The position numbers and the translations under genes are program-made. Below the pieces are notes generated by a model. The model was not told the origin of the DNA, ran no database searches, and worked only from the letters and a program-made list of their open reading frames with translations. Shown here piece by piece: positions 29,408-42,110 of a stretch of DNA of 64,000 nt. How positions within the stretch are numbered: position 1 is the first letter of the stretch; every line of letters starts with the position of its first letter. The stretch is from the human T2T-CHM13v2.0 reference genome, Homo sapiens, in the NCBI RefSeq assembly GCF_009914755.1, contig NC_060926.1; one strand, given 5' to 3'.

Positions 29408-31879
29408 GAATGACATCTTTTGATTTTTTAATTGATTAATTTGGGGCATTAACTATCAAACTGACCTTTTAGACAGTCCTGAACTGGCAGAGCCCCATTC
29501 TATGAGCAATCTACGTGAACTTCTTTTTACTCTAATAGGTTCAGAATGTCCAAAGTAATGCCTTTATTTAGCAAAAACGTGTATTAGTCTTATCAACCCT
29601 CTAATTAACAGAATCCCCCCACTTCATATAAAAGCCCTCGATCCAAGAAAAAAAAAGTGCTTCCCTTACTTGCTCAAGAATGACTGAAACCTCAACAGGG
29701 ATTCAGTTTACAATTTGAAATAAAGTTAATTCAAATGTAACACCTCCAAAAGAGACATTATATTAACTTACCAGTATACAAAGGAATCTCAATCACACCC
29801 TTTCCTGAGTGCAGGATTTGATGGCACAATGCTATGTTCTGAAAATCTTTCAGAAATCCAACAGGACCTGGACATCCTATTACCTATTACCAAGTAACTC
29901 CCTAAGGGAACTGAGAATATTTTAAAAACCTTACATCCTAAGCACAATATGCCAAAAGGCAACCACATTCTTTTGGATAGAGATATATGCATATTTGCTC
30001 TGATGAACAATCACCAACACCTACAACCCCTGCTTTTGTTCAGAGACCCTGTTGGCTCCACAAACTCTCCTCAGTCTATTTAGAGTATTTTTTTTAATGA
30101 CACAATGTCATAATCATAATGGTTACTGCTTAGAAATAATAACAAAAAGCCCTGGGTGGAATGGGACACAACTAATTCAAATCCTAGATCACCATTTACT
30201 AACTTCTGTTTCTTGGTGAAAGAGGCATCACACACAAACCTGTAAGTGCTGTTGCTAGGATGCAATAGCATGTGCTTATCACAGTGACTGACACATGGTA
30301 ATTACTGAAACATTAACTCTTAGGAGGATAAGATAATATCAAAAAATCAATTTTAGAATTACTCACAGTTTCCCAAATGACATTCAACTTTTATCTTGGG
30401 TTAGCACAGCAATACCAAGAGGGCCTGTACCTTTATTCCAAACCCCTGAAAGGCTGGTAAATATGGTCCACAGAGAACATACAAGAAAACAATCTAAAGT
30501 CCATTTTCCTTGCTGCCACATTTTATTCTCTCTTGTGGGATCATGGGATTGTCCTCAGTGAAGTTAGTATTTTCCCCAAAGAGTTCCTGCCAAGCCACTA
30601 ACCACTGCTAATTAACTCCATGAGGACACATTTTCAAATGACTTGAGCCTTCTGCCTGCTAGATGGCACTTCCAAGATCATCATTCATTCCCAGTAGAGT
30701 TGAGGCAGTTCCTGATGACATTTCTATCTAGGAAGCCACTGTAGGAGTGCTGTGAGTACCGGCAGATGACAGGTAACATGGACCCCAGGACAGTCTGCTC
30801 TTCAGGGTCATGGTGGATTGAGATAGAGGCCATGGCAGCCCGAGCTGCCTCTTCCAGCCCCGACTCCACCCCACTTTGCCAGTTACCATGTCCGCTGACC
30901 TGTGGAGAGCCTAAGAGGAAGAAAAGCAAGAGGGAAGAGAAGCAGAGAACACCAGGAGACTACGGCAAGTCAACCCATCAAGAGTGGCATTCAAGGTCAA
31001 AAGCATGAGTGAGAAGCATCTGTTTGGAAATCTCTTACACCAGGAACCAAAATCCAGCCAAAAAAATGTTAAAAAGAGTCAAAGGCAAGAACTCACAAAT
31101 ACTCATTTGATAGAACAGAATACAACAGATAACTTCACTTACTGAGCTCCTATCATCTGCATGCTCAACAGCAGGATTTTAAAAAGAGTAAAATATCCCT
31201 GCCAAGGAGTTCACACTCTGGGGAGAAGAAAATGAACTGCAGGACATGGTGATAAATATGACAGTATGAATACTTAAAAACAAGCTTTAACATCACATAA
31301 TCAGGAGAGAGGGAAAAAAACAGCAAAATACTTCAGAAGTAAAAATGACCTTTGAAAGATTTGATCTAGAAGTTTGAACACCTCTTCTTGGTAGCTGAAC
31401 CCATTATTCCAAGAAAAGTTTACCTATGTGCCCACAATATGAAGCATGCAGGTACCCTGCTCCTCATCTAAGTTACTGATTTAATCCAATTTAAGCCTGG
31501 AAAAGTAAAGTGACTTAGCCAAGGTTCTGAAGGTAATGGAAACTTAGCAGAGCTTGAATTCAAACCCATATATATCTGACTCCAACCAGTGCCCATAAAA
31601 ATCAATCACTAAGGCCACCCAGTGGGAATCAGAGTTTAAATTCAATCTTTTTTCATGTCCTTGTCTGCTGTTCAATTTTATCATCAATAAAGTAGACTTC
31701 TGAAGAAAATATATTTCCCAATTTTTAAAATAAGTATATGTTGGCATCATTCTACTTAACACCAAATATCTGTAAATCGTTTGTAACTTTTTTATTCTAC
31801 TGAATACGGTCAGTGGCTGATACATAGTTTTACTACTTTCCACCACAGCTGTTCCCTCCAGGATGCCCCCCAGCCTTTG

Positions 31880-32135
31880 GTACACCCTTCTTTTGTAACA
31901 GTAATTGCCTGTGGTGGGTAGTTTGACTGTAAGCTTCATGACGGGACAGAGTCTGTCTTTTTTATTCATCACTAGATCCCAGCATCAGCATAACAAACAT
32001 TTGTTGCAGGAATGACATTGTAATGTTCCCAACTCAACTGTTCATTTCAGAGGGTAAGGAGCCCATCTCCTTTATCTTTGAGTTCCTGGAAATACTGAGG
32101 CCCACAATAAATGTTTATTCAAATTGGTGGGCAGC
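31880..32135 (+). mobile_element. L2 3'-end fragments
   Basis: gactgtaagcttcatgacgggacag..acatttgttgcaggaatga; cacaataaatgtttatt. Confidence 0.55.
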
Positions 32136-32292
32136 TGAACCTTATGATGGGAGGTTTAAAATCACTTTCCTACAGCTTTTACAATATAATTCCATACACA
32201 GCAAGGCAACCCATTAGATCTATGCAATAATTTATTGCATTTACTTACATCTTTTACATTTTTCTTTAGGTCATTTATCTTGTTGAAAATTA

Positions 32293-32625
<333 letters not shown>

Positions 32626-33099
32626 TTACTTGCCAAGTTATAAAGAAAATTTTCAGCTTAACTTCTCAAGGTTAACAGGCTTCCACTCTTGAATATCGCA
32701 GAACACGCCACATTGTGCTGCCTTCGCCAGGGAAAATATCTTCCTAATTCCAATTAGGTACGCCTGAAACACATTCCTCTTCCCCTTCTTCCACAGCCTA
32801 AGTGGAGAGGCTCCCTATGTTCGGCCCTTCCCTCATTTCCACCCCTCTGCTTCTTCCCTGGGAACAGAGAGAGTACGGTCTGGCAAGAGCTGCTGCAGGT
32901 ACAAGAATCAGGGATGAGACTTGCTCCAGGGGCACAGAAAAGGAGACAGGGAGTCTACAGTGGCTTTCATGAGACCCCCATGGGGCAGGCCCTGAGGTGG
33001 ATCCCAGTGTTCTAAATGAGGCAGGGGCCATGGCTGGGAAGCAGGAGTTCGAGGGGGCTCCTTGGACAAGGTGTGCTGTGATGCGGAAGTCATGTCATC

Positions 33100-33780
33100 A
33101 CTCATCTATTCACCAGTGAACACTCACTGAGAGCATACAATCTCTTAGGTACTGACTATATTCAGAAAACAAAACAGGCACAGCATAATGGCCATCACAG
33201 AATTTGCAGTCAATGAGGACGAAACACACTCCTCAAGTTAACTCTCAAACATCTATCATTAAGAACTGAGATAGATTCTCTGAAGGAAAGGAACACAATT
33301 CCACAAGAGGATGTGTAACAAATCATTTGTCCTAGATTGAGACATCTCAGCAAGACTCGCTAGGGATGTAATACGGTGAAATCTGAGAGTCAGGAGGAGA
33401 GGGAGGATGAGGAACACTCCAGACAGAGGGAACACAGGGAACCACGCCTGCAGAAAAGAGACATTTTCCAGGAAGGAAGGAAGCGCAGTCATGGAGAACA
33501 AGGCAAAGGAGTCGGTAGAGGGTGGACAAAACCAGGCTGTATCCTAAACTCACTCTTTTAAGAAGTATTTACTGAGATCATACCATGCGCCAGGCACTCT
33601 GCTAGGCCCTGGGGATGAAGCCGCGTGTGAGACAGACAGGACATGCTCCTGCTCTCCTATCACTCACACTCGCCAGGGAGAGACAGACCAAGACGTAAAC
33701 AAGCAAGATCACGTCAAACAGTGCTATGAGCATGCGACTGCCACCACGGTGCTGAATTTCTATGAGAGGGAAGTCCAAGC
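33100..33780 (-). mobile_element. L2 fragments
   Basis: aagtatttactgagatcataccatgcgccaggcactctgctaggccctgggga; cactcactgagagcatac. Confidence 0.6.
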
Positions 33781-34228
33781 ACACAGATTGCACCTACCCT
33801 GGGGCCTGGTTTAAATGGTACTGGTTGTGGCACACATCAAGACACATGTAGGGATTGTCTCCACAGCCAGATCATACATTTTTTTATAGGCAAGGCACAC
33901 GTGTGTCTATTTTTAAATTGCATATACTAAATAAATGCTAGATAAAAGAGAAATTTGGCACTCTGTATCTCTGTTCCCTTAGTACATGAAACACATATGA
34001 TGCATTTGTTTCTCATTTGAGAGGACAAGAGGATTGTTACACAAACAATATACTTTGGCCAAAGGGAAATGGCTGGGAAAGCATGCCTTGAGATGTAACA
34101 GTGTCACCCCACCCCCACCAAGCTCATATGGTTGGGCACACGCTCTCTCTCTAGCATACACACACATTACACACTCACACCTCACCACCCCCTATAGTCA
34201 GGCTACTTATTAAGGTGCCAGTGCTTCC

Positions 34229-34575
34229 ACACCGTGTTTCATGCTGCCGTGTTTCATTCCACCACGTTTCATGCCGCCACATTTTATGCTGCCACGTTTC
34301 ATGCCGCCACGTTTCATGCCGCCATCTCATGCCGCTGTGTCTCAGGCCACATTTCATGCCGTGTTTCATGCCACCGTGTTTCATGCTGCCACGTTTCATG
34401 CCACCGTCTCATGCCACTGTGTCTCATGCCACCACATTTCATGCCGTGTCTCATGCCACCATGTTTCATGCTGTCACGTTTCATGCTGCCATGTTTCATG
34501 CCACCGTTGTCTCATGCCGCCACATTTCATGCCGTGTTTCATGCCACCGTGTTTCATGCTGCCATGTTTCATGCC
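34229..34575. repeat. Minisatellite with 10-15-bp units around TTTCATGC(C/T)(G/A)CCACG/CCGTG
   Basis: About 25 recurrences of (t/c)tcatgc over ~345 bp. Confidence 0.95.
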
Positions 34576-34873
34576 TCCACGCCTCTGCCTGTGCTGTCCA
34601 CCCTGCAGTAAAGTCTGCCCTTGCTACCTCTTCAGCTACTTAAGAGTCCTCGTATCTAATTCACATACCATGCCCCCCAGGAATCTCTGCCCTGAGCTAC
34701 TTGCTCCTAGCTGGGTTAGCTATTTTTGTAAACTCTCTCCCACCAGAGCTCTTAGCACACAATATTAAAATGTGTTCACATGCCTCCTGCCATACTGAAC
34801 TCCTTGGAGGAGAAGCTGAGGACAGTGCCTAGGACACAGGAGAGGGGTGTGATAAATAAGACGAATGAATGAA
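34576..34873 (+). mobile_element. L2 3' end
   Basis: catgcctccacgcctctgcctgtgctgt...actgaactccttggagg...gacagtgcctaggacacag...gaatgaatgaa. Confidence 0.6.
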
Positions 34874-36004
34874 CCAATACCAACAGCCTGATTTCATGAT
34901 TCATCACCCTTACTGGAATTCTGTCTACCACACAACAGTGAATGAATCTTTCTACTAAATGGAGACTGATATTGGTGCATCTCAGGAACTTAATCTCAAC
35001 TCTGTCCCTTTGCACTCTGGCACAGCCACTTGTCCCCCACATCCATGTCCTGTGCCTGGGGAACACACTCCACAGCTGAACCCGATGGAGGTCCGAAGCC
35101 CCGACAAGGTGGCACTTGAGTAAATCCTGCTGCTCACTCATCCTGGCCTAGAGTCAGAGGGCCTGGGATTGCTGGAGCCAAAGAAAACGGCAGGACAGAG
35201 TCCGATGGCATCAACCGCAGTGGGAGCACGGGGGAAAGATGTCTTGTGACAGGGATGAAGGGAGGTTCTAGGACAAGGAGATCAGGGCTGAGGCATAGCT
35301 TCAGGACTTATGGTGAAGCAGGCAAGCTTATGCCAGGCTGCAGGGTCAGAGACACAGTCAGGCCAAAGACGTTCTCGGACCCTCCACACCACACAGGTCC
35401 TAGGAAACGGGCTTCCGTGGCTGCTTTCCAGAGCACACAATCCCTGGGGAGCAGGGAGGTCATCTGAGGTCAGAAAAGACACATGGCCAATCCTTTCCCT
35501 GGAGCAATCTTCAAGCACATACACACACAGAATAAACTCTGCAAACGGTTCTAAAACATCACATGATGTCAAAATCACTAGAAAGAAACTCACTTGAACT
35601 TTCTCATCCCATATCTCAAGAAAGATTCTCCTCTGTCTGCTGATATCTGTAATTCCTTTAACAGCAATAGTTTTTCGTTTCATAAAAAGTGATAAAGGGC
35701 AAATTACCTGTGACAGATCGTGCAAATAAATTTCAGTCAAATGAAATTAGATTACTTAAAACAGCATGCTCAGAACAGAACAGATACCAGTTCATACCCA
35801 CTGTTTTCCAGCTACACGTCCTCAGTTACCTAACAACTCAGTCTCTGCTTGCTTACTTATACAATGAGGGGCCACCACCTCTCAAGCAGTAAAACTGCCA
35901 ATGGGGCACACAATCAGCCCCCTCTTCCCTTCTACGTCTTAACGGGGGATAGAAAACAAGGTACTGGGAATATAAAGAGAAGGAACGGATATACTAAGGC
36001 ATAA

Positions 36005-36369
<365 letters not shown>

Positions 36370-37180
36370 TAACATTTTAAAGGTAAGATATGAATCAGAA
36401 TAATAAAACATACCATAGAGGCATTAAAGGGAATTACAAAAATAAAGTGTGTATACATGTGTGTGTGTGTATATATATATTTGAATTTACACGTGGGTCA
36501 ATCAAAGCAAGTACAATAACTACATTATGAATACCTCATAAAGAGCATAAAGCAAAAAAAATCATAAAACAGAGAGAGGCAAGAATTTAAAAACTGTTCA
36601 GTACACAGATAAATTCAAATCTTTCATTTTAAAGACTTAAACTCTGGCTAGTCAAAGAAATATATTAAAACGTAATGTAAGAAATATATACCATGTAAAA
36701 CTAGACTGAAAGAAACAAACAGATTGTATTCGACATAAACAATAACTTTGGACAACACATAAAAATGCTCTAAGTCCCATCTAGTGTATTTGGTCTGACC
36801 CATTAAACATTTTTAATTATTATAAAGGCCTAAGCAGAAAAAAAAATGAGCATATTCAGATAATAAGAAAAAAAGTGAAAAAGTAAAGTCATAGAAAAAT
36901 ATATATGGGTATAAGCTGAATAGAAGGGAGCTAAAAAAGAGATTAAAATATGTACTTTTCAAATTAATTATCCACCTGCTATTTACTGCCAATCCTAGCA
37001 ATTTACTCACATGGCAAACCTTACTTACCTGCCCTAATCTTCTACATCAATAGTGTCAAATTACAACACCAAGATTCTATCCTAAATATCAGTAGCATAT
37101 AAGCAAGTAGCACTATCTCCCTGAATACTTACTGTAAAAGAGTAACATTACTAATTTTATACAACTGTATGTCTCTAAAG

Positions 37181-37543
<363 letters not shown>

Positions 37544-38584
37544 GTCTAAAGTATTACAAAGTTAACTTCACCGACTGCAACTGCCTTTCAGAAAAAGAAA
37601 CAATTTCCCATTGCTAAACATGAATTTACTAACCTTCCAACTGAAAAGCATATTACTTTTGCTTTGGCCAAAATGTATGTAAGTCCCCTATTTTCAGTAA
37701 TCTAATCTAATCTAAACCTGATTAATATCTTTTGCATCAGATATTAATTGTAGCATCACTTTGAACCCATCAGAGGTACAAGTTTTTTAAAAAATAGGGT
37801 CATAATCCTATAAAAATTGCTTCATCTGAAACACCATCTAAATATCCTTTCTCTTCTTATAAAAATAAAAACATCAGGAACTTGTAAGGGTTGGTTTACA
37901 GAGGAAAAAGAAAAGTCAGTGCAGGCAATGTCAATGGAAATGGAGGAGACAGTACACATTACAACAGAGGTAGCGACTGACAGTGCCAAATACGGAAAAT
38001 GCAAAATAGAATGAGACTTAGAAAAAAACTAATAAAAGCCACAGGTCTGATTCTTTATACAAAGTTCTTGCAGACATATGTGATTCAGAATTCAGAAATA
38101 TGGTACCTAGGTCATACATCATAGCTCAGACATTGCAGAACACCCAGCAGGATCTGCTAATAGACTCTGCCCCTGGGTTTTCAATCAAGTACATTTTATC
38201 CATCTGTATTCCCAAATTTCCATCTCTAGCCCAGCTACCCAGCTCCTACTACATGTCTTAGTTACCAATCTCCTCTTATATGTCTTACAGATATCTTAAA
38301 GTCATCATTCACTTACACAGCAAAACTTCATTGAGTGTTTACTATATACCAAACACGTTTAGGGGCTGAATATATACCCACTTGAAATGCCTATGCCACC
38401 TTCTACATGCTCCCCACTTTCAGGACTCCCCACCTCAGAAGACAGTGCTTCCATCTACTCTACTCTTCAAGCTGGAAACACGGAAGTCATCCTTGACACC
38501 TTATTTCCTACCGGTCCTTCTAACTCTCTCTCCAGTCTACTCAGTTCACTGCATCTCTCCACTGCTATCACCTACAGACTAAGC

Positions 38585-38782
38585 CAGTGGTTCTTCACAG
38601 CAGGCAATTTCGCTTCTCCAAGAGACATGTGAAAATATCTGGAAACATTTATGGTCGTCACAGCTCAAGGGGTGCTACTGGCATCTAGGTGGTAAAAGCC
38701 AGGAATGCTGCCTAACATCCTAGAAGGCACAGGTTAGTACTGAATGTCAATGAATCATCCATCCCAAAATGTCAACGGTGCT
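38585..38782 (+). mobile_element. MER20 (hAT-Charlie)
   Basis: cagtggttct...ggtgctactggcatctaggtggtaaaagccaggaatgctgcctaacatcct...cccaaaatgtcaacggtgc. Confidence 0.8.
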
Positions 38783-38959
38783 TTAAGTAAAAAGAAGAAT
38801 GATGCATACCAATGATTTTATTTTTGTATTTATGACAATTCTTCTTTAAAAAATTATCACAATTCATAATTACTTTTAATGTAATAAATAAAATTCTATT
38901 TTGATGCAGTTCTATTCAAGTGAAATATATATTTTCATGTGAACAAAGTGAATACTTAC

Positions 38960-39037
38960 TTGTGCATGTTCTCCACTCCTATGATGATCATGATACAGTA
39001 GGAAATTCCACTTTGTACAAGAAAGTGTAAGGCATAC
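38960..39037 (-). CDS. MBOAT2: MBOAT2 coding exon (likely exon 3), 78 nt
   Basis: ctttttatag|G TAT GCC TTA CAC...ATG CAC AA|gtaagt. The first G completes the TG|G Trp codon of the previous exon; translates (W)YALHFLVQSGISYCIMIIIGVENMH(N). Not in the ORF track. Confidence 0.96.
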
Positions 39038-39637
39038 CTATAAAAAGTAAGAGCACTATTAGAAGAGGGATGCCAAGTCACAAACATCAAGCTGAAGTGA
39101 ATTAAGCTAAAAAATACTTATGCATAACACAGTATTCCCAGAAAAAAAAATAAGGAATGAAACTTCAGGAGCTTAAAATCCTGTGGACACCCTAAAGAGA
39201 GAGTCCCATACCACAGGCTCCAGAAGAGCTGGGGGGAAAAAACAAGGCCTAAAGCCATGCCCAGTGCCCAGCACTCCATGTCTCCTGGCTGCATGGAAGC
39301 CGTGTGGGATTACATGGCTCAGGATTATAGCTTTCTTCATAACTCAAGGCACAATTATTTTAAAAAGTAATTAATATGAATTTCAGGATCGTCCTGACAG
39401 AACATCGGTTGTTTCCCCAAACTAGTTTCTCCAGTACCAACTTTGTACTCTGCCTTTACCTTTTTAACAATATGACTGACAAAACAACAAAAAGTGCTAA
39501 ATATTAGAATTTACAAAAGAAAAGCGTATACTCTTCTCAATACATGATGGCTCAAGTCAAATAAACTTCCTTATATAAATCAAATTCATTAATTTTAATT
39601 TGCTGTAACGTATCTACAAACATCCTGGCTAACATGA

Positions 39638-39935
<298 letters not shown>

Positions 39936-40420
39936 CATGACATGGTATTTTCTAATATTCCAATATTCTTGAAATCCACCATTAAATTAGATAATTTACT
40001 CATTTCACAAAATTCAGGCAAAACATGATTAGGATGTCTGTGACTAAAATCAATCAAAACTATCCCTAATTTATGCATGTCCGTGCATGCACACACACTC
40101 TCTCCACTTTCTTTCCCCTTTGGGGGAATGAACAATTTAAAATAAAATTTTCGAATCATCAGGCACAATTTAAAGTACTTTATTTTTTTTCTTGAACCTC
40201 TAAATCTAGTTTAAACTACTACTAAGGGTGTTAACCTATGATTCAAATAACTTTTAATCTTTATGGAATAACAGGCACCTCCAATGTGGAAAAGTTATGC
40301 AAAATTTTGAACACATTTTTCCATAGAAATATTATAAACCAGTAATAGTCTCCAAGGCAGGCCTGTAGGAGAAACTTATTTGACCCACTGTACAGAATAG
40401 GTCAGTCTATCTGTTTGACT

Positions 40421-40422
<2 letters not shown>

Positions 40423-40457
<35 letters not shown>
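40423..40457. repeat. (CA)n microsatellite
   Basis: About 17 pure CA units. Confidence 0.95.
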
Positions 40458-40459
<2 letters not shown>

Positions 40460-41654
40460 AAATAATGTTGGCCTTTTTTTAATACCATTATAATCAGAGG
40501 AAGCAGAAAAACCTAAATGAGTATAAAAGGAAATAGAAGAAAGCTTTTTTAAAAAACAATTAAAACACACACTTTTCAAATTTATGATCTACCTCTTATG
40601 TGTTGCCAACACTAGCAATTCACTGGCTGACTCCTGACTTCGTGCGAAAGGTGACAAGGTCTGCTAGAACACCCTTAAGGGCTTCTTAAACTGCGAGGAG
40701 AACTCAATACAGGTACTTATCTTAAACACGGAAAACACATTTTTGAGGACTCTTGGGGGAAAAAAGTGTTCCTTTGCTACGTTAAATTTCTTGAAATATG
40801 AGGGATATATCATAACTTTAGAAGCTACAAGTCTTACTTCTCAAACAGTGCTATGGTGCCTCATATCACCTTAAGGTGCCCCCTCCTCTCCTGACATCGC
40901 CATTCAGGTGATATGTTTGGCCATCTTTGGAGAGCAGTATAATACTTGGGCAGCCTCCTGCTGTGTAAACCTTCGTTGCTGCAACAATCCAAGTTCAGCA
41001 GTAGAAAGTGAATCTGCATTTACCTCTATCTCACTGACCTCCACAACAAGCATTCAGTTGCTTTTCCACTCAATGAATGCACTGGTGATAATCTTCCTAA
41101 TTTTCTGTACTGAGCTACTCTGCTTGTTCTCATTGGTAAAGTGACCATAATAAACACAGTGGCCACTTGAGATTTTTCAGGATTAAGAGATAATACATTA
41201 AAAGCGTTGATGGGGTTATCTAGCACGTAGTAAGCACTCAACTATTAAGTATTATTAGTAAAGTAAAAATTAAAGATAGATATGTTAAAAGTCTATTATC
41301 ATTCAACCCTCGTGATTTCAGAACTGAGGAAACAAAGATCATCTATCTAGTCAGTATATTCCAACTAACATCAAAACTCACGTTGTTTCGGGGCAATTTA
41401 TCCACTGGCTGATTCTCTAAGGAATGCAGCCGGGTAGAATGGAACCCCATGGGCTGTGGATCATCATCTTTTAAGCTACCTAAAAAGTGCTTTGAAAATG
41501 AAACAATGCTTTGTCACAAAACGTTAGTTTGTTTTCAGATATCACATTTTAACTCTTCTGAATTTCAAGTCACACTAAAGGCATAAGGTTTATTTTTAGA
41601 AAAAAAAAAGAGCACAGGTTTAAAAAAAGGTTGAAAACACCTCTTCAATTGTTC

Positions 41655-42110
41655 CACTAATCTTTACTGAATGTCTACCTTCTGAAAGGCACTGTACTGA
41701 ACACTAGAAATACAAGTCAATGAGACCGTTTATGTCCTCACAGAGCTCCCAGTCTAGAGAGAAAGACAATAATAAATAGATTACTTCAATACTGTACGAT
41801 ATATGCTAAAAAAGAGATTAGATAAACACAAAAATTTCCAATCTGCATCACTCTGGATGATGGTAATAACAGATGAATGACTCTGAGTAACTTCCCATGT
41901 TCGTAATGACTAGCTATCACGCCATGTTTTCTGTAGTTTTACAGATTTATTTCTCACAGTAATCATTCGTTCTATGTCACAGATGAGGAAAGTGAAGCTC
42001 AGAGTGGCTAAATAACATGTCCAAAGTCATACAGCCACCAGACCAAGGCACCCACACTGGAATACAGGTTTGCCTGACTTCAGAGTTTAAGCTCTATTCC
42101 ATTACCCTAT
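41655..42110 (-). mobile_element. L2 fragment (~41655-41830) and MIR (~41900-42110)
   Basis: tttactgaatgtctacct..aggcactgtactgaacact; acagatgaggaaagtgaagctcagagtggctaaataacatgtccaaagtcatacagc. Confidence 0.65.

Noticed and set aside
31544-31972. 142-aa minus-strand ORF
   Set aside because: Begins in L2 and ends in MIR-like sequence; no recognisable domain; length compatible with chance.
34229-34575. Possible CRISPR-like repeat array
   Set aside because: No unique spacers, variable unit length, and eukaryotic intron context.
34175-34768. Five overlapping ORFs up to 175 aa (Cys/His-, FHAA- and FMPP-rich)
   Set aside because: By-product of a stop-free tandem repeat; open in all frames, with no convincing gene structure.
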